Origin: a virus
Lineage: Duplodnaviria; Caudoviricetes
Strand: one strand, 5' to 3'
IMG/VR virus record: IMGVR_UViG_3300046000_011464
Span: 1 to 56,699 of that record
Length of the DNA: 56,699 nt
Shown here in pieces: positions 48,128-56,647 of the stretch (its first letter is position 1; every line of letters begins with the position of its first letter). A model generated the notes under the pieces. That model worked only from the letters and a program-made list of their open reading frames with translations, did not search any database and was not told the origin of the DNA. A program made the translations under genes and the position numbers.

Positions 48128-48604
48128 TTATGGATCCAATCGCTGTTTAAGGAGTTGTTTAAGTTCTTTAATTTGAGATTTCATTTTAACTATATGGGCC
48201 TCTTTCTGTCTCATTCTTGCAATCCACTTCCAAGCATCCTCCATCTCTAATATATCATTAAGGGTTTTATGCAATTGAGCATTTTTAGTATGTAATGCTT
48301 GATTTTCGAAAATTAATTCATAATTGGATCTATTATGTATGGAGTTAGTAAGATAAGGGGATTTATATTGACCAATCCAATATTTTTCTCTGTCATTAAT
48401 ACTGGATTTATCACATTGTTCTAATATACAGAATTCAAATTTTTTGTTATGTTTTATTAAATGCTCCTTTAAATTAACAAGTGTTGGATTTATAGGTTTA
48501 TTCCAGTGGGCATCCCATCGTTGGTTTAAATTCTTAGATTGCCCCACATATACAACTTCATTATACATGGGGTTTATTATCCCATAAACATAATACATTT
48601 TCAT
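48128..48604 (-). CDS. GIY-YIG nuclease-domain protein with C-terminal coiled coil
   Basis: YYVYGIINP..VVYVGQSKNLNQRW..H...REKYWI. Confidence 0.75.
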   Translation of the reverse strand: MKMYYVYGIINPMYNEVVYVGQSKNLNQRWDAHWNKPINPTLVNLKEHLIKHNKKFEFCILEQCDKSSINDREKYWIGQYKSPYLTNSIHNRSNYELIFENQALHTKNAQLHKTLNDILEMEDAWKWIARMRQKEAHIVKMKSQIKELKQLLKQRLDP

Positions 48605-48751
48605 AATTTATATTAATATTAACAGATGCTCAACATTTTGGTAAGATTATTGAATATTATTCATGTCTCCTTTCTCTTTCACATGTAACGTAGAGCATTC
48701 TTCACCATAATGGGCGCCTTATATTGAATATCCTCCATTCGCCTATAAAAA

Positions 48752-48789
48752 ATATAGTGGGCCTGTGAGAGCAGGCCCGAAACTATATT
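48752..48789 (-). terminator. Stem-loop, probable terminator
   Basis: ATATAGT-GGGCCTG/CAGGCCC-(GAA)-ACTATAT stem, T-run follows on the minus strand, after ORF 48799. Confidence 0.55.
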
Positions 48790-48798
48790 GGGGGAAAA

Positions 48799-49164
48799 TT
48801 ATTCCGCTTTGGCGGGACGACCTAACTTAATGGTTCCGTTTAAACGTTTCGCTTCCAATTCCATTTTACGTTTGTAGGAAGCACTTTCCGGGTTTGGTTT
48901 ACGTCCCAATTTAACTAATCCTTTAACTGATAGTCTCATTTGGCGTTTTGAACCCTCTACTACGGGACGACCTTTTTTAAGTTCACCTGCCGCACGTTTA
49001 GCTTCTAATTCCGCCTTACGAGTGGCATGTTTGCTTTCAAAATTCACGGGTCTTCCACGTTTAATTTCGCCTGCCTCACGTTTGGCAGCCAACTCGGCCA
49101 ATCTGATTTGTCTTACTGAATTTGTGTTAACTGGTCTACCTAATGTTTTTACTGTGTTTGTCAT
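48799..49164 (-). CDS. Basic repeat protein with AT-hook-like GRP motifs
   Basis: LGRPV, KRGRPV, KKGRPV, LGRKP, LGRPA in ~25-28 aa repeats. Confidence 0.7.
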   Translation of the reverse strand: MTNTVKTLGRPVNTNSVRQIRLAELAAKREAGEIKRGRPVNFESKHATRKAELEAKRAAGELKKGRPVVEGSKRQMRLSVKGLVKLGRKPNPESASYKRKMELEAKRLNGTIKLGRPAKAE

Positions 49165-49222
49165 AACCTTTATTTTTTTATTAATTAATTTCTTATTACA
49201 TGTTAAATATACGAATCCTATT

Positions 49223-49405
49223 TTACGAAACCAAACTTACTTTGATATAATTTCGATCTAATATTCTTTTACATTCAGAATAATCTGATGGATTAACTAG
49301 GAAAGTATTTCCTGTATTGTAAAATACATTGGAAAGCTTGTTTGAATTGATTAACAATTGGTTCGCTTTTTTTCTTAGACCTAATTCTACTGTAAATTTT
49401 TTCAT
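49223..49405 (-). CDS. Hypothetical early protein
   Basis: Early motif at 49442. Confidence 0.55.
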   Translation of the reverse strand: MKKFTVELGLRKKANQLLINSNKLSNVFYNTGNTFLVNPSDYSECKRILDRNYIKVSLVS

Positions 49406-49722
49406 ATTTTTTCTTTTTAATTATTAACTTTCTTACATGTTAAATATACGAAATTAACTTTAAAAATCCAAATCTATTTTATAGAGCGTTAGTAATTAAC
49501 GTTTTAAAAGTATATACCTTTTTTTAAAGGAGGAAGTGGAGGGGCGGGGGAAGAAGGGTACCGTATTATGCCCCTAACTCAACACATTCCACCTATACTC
49601 GTTTCCACATACCATCCTAAGCCCTCGCCACTCTAGGAATATCTTTCCTAAATGCGTTCCCTCATAGGAAATTGTTTCCACATTATAACATTAGGTAGGA
49701 ACCACGTTCCCTTACCAATTTT

Positions 49723-49782
49723 GCGGAGTGAGAGGAGTCGAACCTCTTGCGCAGACAGTCTTGCTTTAAACCAACCACTCCA
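49723..49782 (-). ncRNA. Short tRNA-like RNA (acceptor stem + T-arm, no canonical D/anticodon arms)
   Basis: TGGAGTG...AGAGG-TTCGACT-CCTCT-CACTCCG with only 28 nt between acceptor stem and T-arm. Confidence 0.55.
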
Positions 49783-49861
49783 GGACCTGCAGATCCTATT
49801 ATAAAAATTAAGCTAGGACCATTGCAATCCTAGGGTTTAACCTGCCCTTGCTTATTTTTTG

Positions 49862-49980
49862 ATGTTGTGACAGGATTCGAACCTGCATCTTTTTAATTCT
49901 TCTCACAGGATACCGAATATCTATCTCAATCTTGAGGCCTTCTTGTAGGAAGGTGCTTATACCTATTACGCCACACAACA
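49862..49980 (-). ncRNA. Expanded tRNA-like RNA (~118 nt)
   Basis: TGTTGTG/CACAACA acceptor stem, TGGCGTAATAGGT D-like segment, CCTTC-CTACAA-GAAGG stem with 6-nt loop, ~50-nt insert, GCAGG-TTCGAAT-CCTGT T-arm. Confidence 0.6.
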
Positions 49981-49986
49981 AACTTA

Positions 49987-50244
49987 TTATGATTTAATAA
50001 TCTCCACTATATCATGATCTTCTTCAGGTATTCTAAAATTTTTGAATACAAACCCATCATGTGTTCTTGTACCATAGTTATTGTTACTATTACCAAAAGA
50101 ATTACCATCTTTATCTTTAACATATCTCACCACATGGTCTAGGTAAGTATAATTATTCCAAGGTGTAGGTGCAATATATTCTAACACTGCTCCTTGTGAG
50201 GATATCAATTTATCCCCCGGTTTACAATCTCTCAAATCTACCAT
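49987..50244 (-). CDS. Hypothetical early protein
   Basis: Promoter variant at 50276. Confidence 0.6.
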   Translation of the reverse strand: MVDLRDCKPGDKLISSQGAVLEYIAPTPWNNYTYLDHVVRYVKDKDGNSFGNSNNNYGTRTHDGFVFKNFRIPEEDHDIVEIIKS

Positions 50245-50309
50245 TTCATTTCTTTTTTTATCATTATTACTCCATTAATATACGAAGTCTGATTTGCATA
50301 TGTTATTCC

Positions 50310-50525
50310 TTATTTGTTAAATTTTTCGTTGTAGTATTGCTCTGATAGTTTATCTCTAAAAATAGCAGTTGAACCATAACCTTTTTTGCAAGCATCTATT
50401 ATCTGTTGCTTTTCCATTTCTTTGGCTTGTTCTATTAATTCAGAATTTATAACTCCGTTAAAAATAAAATCACCTTTGCCATCATCTCCTCTTAATTCTT
50501 GTATTAACCATTGTACTGCTGTCAT
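50310..50525 (-). CDS. Hypothetical protein
   Basis: Likely start MTAVQWLIQEL at 50525; IEQAKEMEKQQIIDA. Confidence 0.6.
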   Translation of the reverse strand: MTAVQWLIQELRGDDGKGDFIFNGVINSELIEQAKEMEKQQIIDACKKGYGSTAIFRDKLSEQYYNEKFNK

Positions 50526-50536
50526 CTTATTTCTTT

Positions 50537-50746
50537 TTAAATTCTTTTTCTGTAATCTGAACAAGCTTTAACCCAACCTCTATCCCAAGCATCATCTGCT
50601 CCTGGGCATTGGTTAAATAATACCGTAGGGTCTTTACCTTTTTTTATTTCATTTTCCGCTTCAGTATAACCTTCTTCAAACATTCCTTTACCATTGTAGT
50701 TAGTTTCTTTAAAAATTTTACCCCAATGTTCTAAAAATTGTATCAT
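50537..50746 (-). CDS. Hypothetical protein
   Basis: Tightly packed ORF. Confidence 0.55.
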   Translation of the reverse strand: MIQFLEHWGKIFKETNYNGKGMFEEGYTEAENEIKKGKDPTVLFNQCPGADDAWDRGWVKACSDYRKRI

Positions 50747-50748
50747 AA

Positions 50749-51735
50749 TTATTTCTTTTTAAATTGTTCAAACCAGATTTTGTTTTCTTCCATATCATTT
50801 TTATCAATATATTGATATATGAAAGTTTCTAAATATTTAGTATGGTGCTCTAATATTTCTAACACATCTTCCTCATTATACATTTTTTCAGCTTGCCATT
50901 TAGCACCATACACACAACCTTTTTTAAAAATAATTCTTTCATCTTGATTGAGATATTCTTTTGAATATAAAGAATTATCAGCAACTTCTTCAAGTGTTTC
51001 TTGTTTAGGATGTTTTAAACCCAATAATTCCGTGTATTTAGAATTGTGCCATCTTAAATGTGATGGTACCCCCAATTCTTGTTCCATCTCATATATTTCC
51101 CTTTGTATTTTATTCATTTTAGGTTCTTCTTTTGGAATGTAATCTTTTCCTAACCAAACTGTAACTTTTTTACCATCAATAAAATCTTCGTGAAAATACT
51201 CTTGGTGTTCTTCGTGAAACATTACTTCTTGATTGTTTGGATTTACAAGGTTTGGAATGATGATTTTGTAACCTACATCGCATAAATCTTGTTTATCATA
51301 AGCACCTTGACTTGGACAATTATCTCCATGTTTACAAAATGATTCAACTTCAACCTCTTCACAACTTGGATTCTTAACAAACCATTCTAAAAATGTATCA
51401 TCAATAGCTTGAACACCATCATTTTCAGCGGTAAATTTGATTAAATCTTTGTCTGTTGTTAGGATGATTTTTCTACAATATGATTTTTGAAATTGTAAAA
51501 CACCACTCTCATAGTGATTAGACAAAGTTCTTTCACATTTAAAAACTCTATTATCTCTAATATCAATACCATATTCTCCTTCTTTAATTTCTTCTGAATT
51601 AGTGATGTAGATATTTTGACAAATTACATTATCAATCTTTGGCATAGGACTGTTAAACAAATCCCAACTATTATTCTTTAAATAATGTATTAACCTACTT
51701 GGTTTATCTGTTGGGATTATAAATATATTTTTCAT
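50749..51735 (-). CDS. Hypothetical mosaic protein
   Basis: 328 aa; IPTDKPSRL...KIILTTD...DGVQAIDDTFLEWFVKNPSCE...PKQETLEE. Confidence 0.65.
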   Translation of the reverse strand: MKNIFIIPTDKPSRLIHYLKNNSWDLFNSPMPKIDNVICQNIYITNSEEIKEGEYGIDIRDNRVFKCERTLSNHYESGVLQFQKSYCRKIILTTDKDLIKFTAENDGVQAIDDTFLEWFVKNPSCEEVEVESFCKHGDNCPSQGAYDKQDLCDVGYKIIIPNLVNPNNQEVMFHEEHQEYFHEDFIDGKKVTVWLGKDYIPKEEPKMNKIQREIYEMEQELGVPSHLRWHNSKYTELLGLKHPKQETLEEVADNSLYSKEYLNQDERIIFKKGCVYGAKWQAEKMYNEEDVLEILEHHTKYLETFIYQYIDKNDMEENKIWFEQFKKK

Positions 51736-51738
51736 AAG

Positions 51739-51840
51739 TTATATAGAATTTGAAATTAAACAATACATGAAGATTCCCCACACGATAATTAACCCTACCT
51801 TTGCAACGTTTGCTGCTCGTTGAACTGATTTTTCTGACAT
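51739..51840 (-). CDS. 33-aa membrane peptide, not in ORF track
   Basis: MSEKSVQRAANVAKVGLIIVWGIFMYCLISNSI* directly after early motif 51871. Confidence 0.5.
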   Translation of the reverse strand: MSEKSVQRAANVAKVGLIIVWGIFMYCLISNSI

Positions 51841-51880
51841 AACCTTCTATTTTTTATCTTATTACATTCGAAATATACGA

Positions 51881-51903
51881 AAGCAGCTTAAATTAGCTGC
51901 TTC
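51881..51903. terminator. Hairpin abutting an early promoter
   Basis: AAGCAGCT-TAAATT-AGCTGCTT. Confidence 0.55.
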
Positions 51904-51916
51904 CCTAGTATTGTTT

Positions 51917-52114
51917 TTATTTAATTTTTATCCAAATACCTCTTTTAAAGTAATCAACTACTTGTTCATCTCTGTAAACTGTAGTGAAAGATGAGTGTGA
52001 TTTGTTTTTCCAATGAATATCACATATACCATCAACACTTTTACCTACTACGTAAATTGGAAACTCCTCACTACAGTGAGTAAATTCCTTACCTCTTAAA
52101 TCATCTATTTTCAT
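51917..52114 (-). CDS. Hypothetical early protein
   Basis: ORF with degenerate upstream motif. Confidence 0.55.
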   Translation of the reverse strand: MKIDDLRGKEFTHCSEEFPIYVVGKSVDGICDIHWKNKSHSSFTTVYRDEQVVDYFKRGIWIKIK

Positions 52115-52166
52115 AACTGTTTGTTGTTTTAATTATTAATACTTAAAGATAGTGATTAAACTAATA

Positions 52167-52349
52167 CTAGGCAACTTTTTCTTTAACTTTTTTCACAATA
52201 TATGCCATTCCATAATAACTCTTTTCTCCTGGAGATAGGAAAGATCTTCTTAGCTTAGCATACGCTTTGGCCTCTTCATGGTCTTCAAATTCCTTAACAA
52301 CTTTAATTTTCGACCCTATAGGTCCACCTATTCGAATAACTTGTGTCAT
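52167..52349 (-). CDS. Hypothetical early protein
   Basis: Early motif at 52385. Confidence 0.6.
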   Translation of the reverse strand: MTQVIRIGGPIGSKIKVVKEFEDHEEAKAYAKLRRSFLSPGEKSYYGMAYIVKKVKEKVA

Positions 52350-52426
52350 ATTACCTCTTTTTAATTATTATTTCTTGAACGTTTAAATATACGAAATCTA
52401 ATTTAATTATTTAGTTCCTTAGCCTA

Positions 52427-52534
52427 TTAATTATTTATAATTTTTTGATAAGCTTTACACATTTCCTCATTATCACCTAAATAAATGTTACCTAATTTTT
52501 TCATCCACTCGTAGAATTTTTCTGCTTCTTTCAT
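52427..52534 (-). CDS. 35-aa hypothetical protein, not in ORF track
   Basis: MKEAEKFYEWMKKLGNIYLGDNEEMCKAYQKIINN*. Confidence 0.45.
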   Translation of the reverse strand: MKEAEKFYEWMKKLGNIYLGDNEEMCKAYQKIINN

Positions 52535-52535
52535 A

Positions 52536-52817
52536 TTATTTACCTTTATTTAATTCATTTAAAACAGCAACCTCAATAGTACCAATTCCCTTAAATATAT
52601 TATTATTCAAGTAAATAGCATGGTGATATTCATCTACTAAATCATGTAATTTACTCATAAATTCCTGTAAATCTTTCTTTTGAATATTATTATATATTCT
52701 TTGTTTTAATTCACCTAATGCTTCACTTATGGTATCACCATCTTCGATAATCTCATTTTCAACTAATTGGTTTTCAATATTTCTAATTCCTTCTAACAAT
52801 AAATCTAAATTTTTCAT
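52536..52817 (-). CDS. Hypothetical early protein
   Basis: Early motif at 52858. Confidence 0.6.
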   Translation of the reverse strand: MKNLDLLLEGIRNIENQLVENEIIEDGDTISEALGELKQRIYNNIQKKDLQEFMSKLHDLVDEYHHAIYLNNNIFKGIGTIEVAVLNELNKGK

Positions 52818-52891
52818 AACTTTACGTTTTTATCTTATTACATCTTTTTAACATTCGAAATATACGAAATTTACTTATAATCTCAAATACC

Positions 52892-53134
52892 CTATACGTA
52901 ATAATAGTAGTAATTTCTGTTATCACTTTTCTTCTTCCATAACAATCTTTTAACAAGACCCTTAGCAAGACCCCGTCGTAACATGTCAGCATATTTTTTA
53001 TTTGACTTAATAGTTTCATTTCTGTAATATCCAAAAACTTGTTCTTGAATTTGCCCTTCAGTTTTATAATTAGTAGTTTTTAAAAAATCTACAATTTCAT
53101 TTACTGAACGATAAGGTGCTGTTTGTGGCCACAT
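52892..53134 (-). CDS. Hypothetical early protein, possibly winged-helix
   Basis: Early motif at 53172; EIVDFLK...TEGQIQEQV...MLRRGLAKGLVKR. Confidence 0.55.
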   Translation of the reverse strand: MWPQTAPYRSVNEIVDFLKTTNYKTEGQIQEQVFGYYRNETIKSNKKYADMLRRGLAKGLVKRLLWKKKSDNRNYYYYYV

Positions 53135-53181
53135 AATATTTTCTTTTTAATTATTAACTTTCTTACATGTTAAATATACGA

Positions 53182-53203
53182 AAAGAGGATATAAAATCCT
53201 CTT
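53182..53203. terminator. Hairpin abutting an early promoter
   Basis: AAGAGGAT-ATAAA-ATCCTCTT. Confidence 0.55.
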
Positions 53204-53215
53204 CCATTATTACTT

Positions 53216-53461
53216 TTAATAAAATAATCCGTTCCAAACCAACCAACTTGGTTTTTGGAAAATACCTAATTTAGGTTCGTTTTTTGAATACTCTCCAACA
53301 ACTTCCATAGTATAACAAATATTACCACATTCGCTTACATCAACTAATATGCTTCGATTGGTTGAACTATAATTATCACTGAATTCATTACCAATTTCTT
53401 CTTTTAGCATTTGAATTTTGTTGTGACCGTCAATTGAATCTTGAATACTTAAATTTACCAT
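53216..53461 (-). CDS. Hypothetical early protein
   Basis: Early motif at 53486. Confidence 0.6.
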   Translation of the reverse strand: MVNLSIQDSIDGHNKIQMLKEEIGNEFSDNYSSTNRSILVDVSECGNICYTMEVVGEYSKNEPKLGIFQKPSWLVWNGLFY

Positions 53462-53519
53462 AACTTTGATTTTTTAATTATACTTAAATATACGAATTAT
53501 AGCTTAAATATCTTATTCC

Positions 53520-53798
53520 TTAATTTAATAGTTTAAATCTCATTAAACGACCTTCTCCAACAGCAACACTATTCATGTTACCTATACTTTGCCAAACAAA
53601 TTTAATATTGAATGCTTGCATATGATCACCTAATTTAGTTCTCACTTGCTCATATATATCATTTGGGAAAATATGTTCAGATAAATCAAAACCATTTTCA
53701 GCATATGTAGCTATTTTATCTAATGCTTCAAGGTAGTATTTATTTACTTGCTGATTAATTCTTTGATCTCTTGCTTCTGTGTTTAATTTAATTTCCAT
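53520..53798 (-). CDS. Hypothetical early protein
   Basis: Early motif at 53836. Confidence 0.6.
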   Translation of the reverse strand: MEIKLNTEARDQRINQQVNKYYLEALDKIATYAENGFDLSEHIFPNDIYEQVRTKLGDHMQAFNIKFVWQSIGNMNSVAVGEGRLMRFKLLN

Positions 53799-53856
53799 AA
53801 CTTTACATTTTTAATTATTAACTTTCTTACAGATTAAATATACGAAATATGTTTTA

Positions 53857-54129
53857 TTAATCATATTCCTTATCTAAACTCATTAAAATGTAATGAGATA
53901 CACTTGTATAATCACGTAATATATCTGTTCTCCAGGAACCAACTTCATAAACCAAGTCCTCTAATGTTGTACACTCGTTTAATGCTAGAATATATTCATT
54001 ATCCATAACATTTCGATCAATTTCACTTTGAATAAACTTTTCTATAATACTAATACATGAAGGAAAGGTATTTTGTCTTTCTTCCTCTAAATCACGTGCA
54101 TTTTTTCTAAAATCTTCATTATATGACAT
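53857..54129 (-). CDS. Hypothetical acidic early protein
   Basis: Early motif at 54155. Confidence 0.6.
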   Translation of the reverse strand: MSYNEDFRKNARDLEEERQNTFPSCISIIEKFIQSEIDRNVMDNEYILALNECTTLEDLVYEVGSWRTDILRDYTSVSHYILMSLDKEYD

Positions 54130-54172
54130 AATATTTGTTTTAATTATTATACTTAAATATACGAACTTTATT

Positions 54173-54469
54173 TTAAAAAATCTCTTCCTTTATACTAACA
54201 ATTGCTATTTCATTTGCAATAAATTCATCCAATTCCTGCTCTAATTGTTGAGCTTCATTGTATAATTTTTCACCTCTAAATTTCCAAATCAAAATAGAAA
54301 AATCATTTCTACTCATATCAAATCTAAATTCATTACCTTCACTTTCAATAGAAAAAGAAAAATAACCACGACCTTCTTCATCATTGAAATCTTCAATTAC
54401 ATTAAAATTCTTTTGTACAGCATCAATTACATGTTTTGTAATAATGTTTTTTTGTTCTTTCTTTGTCAT
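54173..54469 (-). CDS. Hypothetical acidic early protein
   Basis: Early motif at 54495. Confidence 0.6.
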   Translation of the reverse strand: MTKKEQKNIITKHVIDAVQKNFNVIEDFNDEEGRGYFSFSIESEGNEFRFDMSRNDFSILIWKFRGEKLYNEAQQLEQELDEFIANEIAIVSIKEEIF

Positions 54470-54512
54470 AACTTTTATCTTTTTTCTTATACTTAAATAT
54501 ACGAAATTAATC

Positions 54513-54725
54513 TTAATCTTCTAATTCCTCTATATAATTAAATTTTAATATACCTTCTTCAACTCTACCAATTCCTCTTTTTACTATTTCACTAATATAA
54601 TACTCTATACCAGTTGAAGGAACACAGTGCATTGTATTTTGTAATGCTAATTTATTACCATTTTTATGATAAATTTCTGCTAATCGTAATTCAAGATTTA
54701 CTCTATTCAATGTTCTTTCTTTCAT
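54513..54725 (-). CDS. Hypothetical early protein
   Basis: Early motif at 54749. Confidence 0.55.
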   Translation of the reverse strand: MKERTLNRVNLELRLAEIYHKNGNKLALQNTMHCVPSTGIEYYISEIVKRGIGRVEEGILKFNYIEELED

Positions 54726-54865
54726 AATATATCTTTTTAATTATACTTAAATATACGAACTTTATTTTACTTATCCATTTCCTTAGTCACAAAAAGCCCC
54801 TTAAAAAGGAGCTTAATGTTTCGTAATAATTAAAAAAGAATAAGGGGTTATGAAGCACTTATTTT

Positions 54866-54939
54866 GTAGTCAGGGAGGACTCGAACCTTAAAGCAACCAT
54901 ATAGGACTCGGCAACCACGCCTCATTACGCCACCTGACT
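54866..54939 (-). ncRNA. Degenerate tRNA-like element / pseudo-tRNA
   Basis: AGTCAGG/CCTGACT acceptor stem, TGGCGTAAT start, AGG-TTCGAGT-CCT shortened T-arm; no pairable anticodon stem. Confidence 0.5.
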
Positions 54940-54947
54940 GATTTATT

Positions 54948-55319
54948 TTATAATTCGTTATTAGCAATTGCCTTAATTACTTCTTTATTTTCTTCATCTT
55001 GTTCCTCATCAGTTTCTCCTAAATCCATAAAATTGTTTTCCAATGCCTCTCTTAAATTATCTACATTAATAGGAGCTCCTACTACTTCAATTCTATTATC
55101 ATAGTTTAATTCAAACTCAACTGAATCTAAATCAACCAAATCTCTTTCATTATTCTCTGCCCATTCAATAACATTATCAATTGCTCTTCCAATATCAAAA
55201 GTAGTAATAACTCTACCTTTATTTTCTTCAATACTATTAATTAAATTAATAACATCTTCTTTTGAGAAAATTGAACTTACTGAACTTTGAACTGACTGTA
55301 ATACTAAATCTTTTTTCAT
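54948..55319 (-). CDS. Acidic hypothetical early protein
   Basis: Early motif at 55358. Confidence 0.6.
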   Translation of the reverse strand: MKKDLVLQSVQSSVSSIFSKEDVINLINSIEENKGRVITTFDIGRAIDNVIEWAENNERDLVDLDSVEFELNYDNRIEVVGAPINVDNLREALENNFMDLGETDEEQDEENKEVIKAIANNEL

Positions 55320-55395
55320 AACCTTTTATTTTTAAATTATTAATTTTTCTTATACTTAAATATACGAACTTTATTTTAAATCTCTTATTCCTTTT

Positions 55396-55620
55396 TTAAA
55401 TTTTTTCTTCAATTATTAACTGAGTACTAACTTCACATTGCATTTCTCTAAATAGTTCAGGTCCCTTTTTAGAACCTAATGTTAAATAAAATACAGCATC
55501 TACATCTTCAGCATTAACAAATTCTAATTCCTTGTAGAGAAAATCAAAATTCTCAGCTAATTTAATTTCGTTTTTAGTGTTTAACCAGTTAACGATTGAT
55601 TTTTTATTCATTGTTTTCAT
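55396..55620 (-). CDS. Hypothetical early protein
   Basis: ORF with A-rich leader ending GGTT before ATG. Confidence 0.55.
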   Translation of the reverse strand: MKTMNKKSIVNWLNTKNEIKLAENFDFLYKELEFVNAEDVDAVFYLTLGSKKGPELFREMQCEVSTQLIIEEKI

Positions 55621-55625
55621 AACCT

Positions 55626-55760
55626 TTATTTTTTTAAGTTTTTAGCTAATGCTGATTTGAAATTCATTTCATGATTAAGTTTATCTTGAGCTAATATTTT
55701 CTCTTGATTTGCTTCCCACCATAATTGATATTCTTTTGAAGCAATACTTTTACCTTCCAT
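55626..55760 (-). CDS. 44-aa hypothetical protein, not in ORF track
   Basis: MEGKSIASKEYQLWWEANQEKILAQDKLNHEMNFKSALAKNLKK* after early motif 55785. Confidence 0.5.
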   Translation of the reverse strand: MEGKSIASKEYQLWWEANQEKILAQDKLNHEMNFKSALAKNLKK

Positions 55761-55823
55761 AACTTTATCTTTTTAATTATACTTAAATATACGAACTTTA
55801 TTTTAAATAAACTATTCCTTTAA

Positions 55824-56129
55824 TTAAAATAAATCATTTAAGTGTTTTTGAACTTCCATTCTAGCAACATTTGAAATACTTTTAGAAAACGACCCTATAT
55901 GCCATTCTATTACTTCAATATCACTAATTTTTCTATATTCCTTCCAATCATAGATTGTGAATACGTCACCTTCTTCAGTTTCCATGTCCCAAACAAAATT
56001 TACTTTGTCTTCACCCGTATTATTATTATCAGGTTCACCTAATGCTCTAGTTAAATCTTGAACACTTGCTTTAATTGTTACACCTTGAAATGAAGTTCCA
56101 TCTACATTTTTGTACGTTTTTTTAGCCAT
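55824..56129 (-). CDS. Hypothetical early protein
   Basis: GTSFQG...LGEP...DKVNFVW...FTIYDWK...WHIG; early motif at 56169. Confidence 0.65.
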   Translation of the reverse strand: MAKKTYKNVDGTSFQGVTIKASVQDLTRALGEPDNNNTGEDKVNFVWDMETEEGDVFTIYDWKEYRKISDIEVIEWHIGSFSKSISNVARMEVQKHLNDLF

Positions 56130-56194
56130 AACCTTTATTTCTTTAAATTATTAATTTTTCTTATACTTAAATATACGAAATTAAATTTAATTAT

Positions 56195-56647
56195 CTAATT
56201 CCCTTGTAAATCTTCTATATCACCTTCATATTCAAATTCCTCTTCATACTCTTCTCTTTCTTCAATCATATATCTTACCTCTTCAATTGGCTGAGACATT
56301 ATTAATTGTTTTAACATTTGATCTTCCATACCTACTTCTTTAAGTATGTATTGCATTGTTTCTCCATCAACACAATCTCCTTTTAATGTTAGAGATCTTA
56401 AGTTATTAATGATCTGTTCAATTCTATTTCGAACAAACTCTCCTTCACTCATTTGAGCTGTCTCGTAGATCACTTTGTATGACTTGTAGTAATTATCTTC
56501 CCAAGTAATAACTACAGTTCTACCACACTCGGTAGTAAGTTCTGTTGAATTCGTATCAAAGACATTAATAACATCTGCCCAATCTAATTCAAATTCCTTT
56601 TGTGTTGAATTTTCAGCTTGATCTAAAAAATAATTTACATCCATCAT
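56195..56647 (-). CDS. Acidic hypothetical early protein
   Basis: Early motif at 56685. Confidence 0.6.
   Translation of the reverse strand: MMDVNYFLDQAENSTQKEFELDWADVINVFDTNSTELTTECGRTVVITWEDNYYKSYKVIYETAQMSEGEFVRNRIEQIINNLRSLTLKGDCVDGETMQYILKEVGMEDQMLKQLIMSQPIEEVRYMIEEREEYEEEFEYEGDIEDLQGN

Noticed and set aside
48752-48789. Hammerhead ribozyme (CTGTGAG...GAAAC)
   Set aside because: Lacks the CUGAUGA core and three-stem geometry; better explained as a terminator hairpin
49723-49980. tmRNA or canonical tRNAs
   Set aside because: No G3-U70 alanine identity pair, no tag ORF, and no 7-nt anticodon loop in either element
52822-53034. 70-aa minus-strand ORF
   Set aside because: Overlaps ORF 52892-53134 in another frame and spans an early promoter
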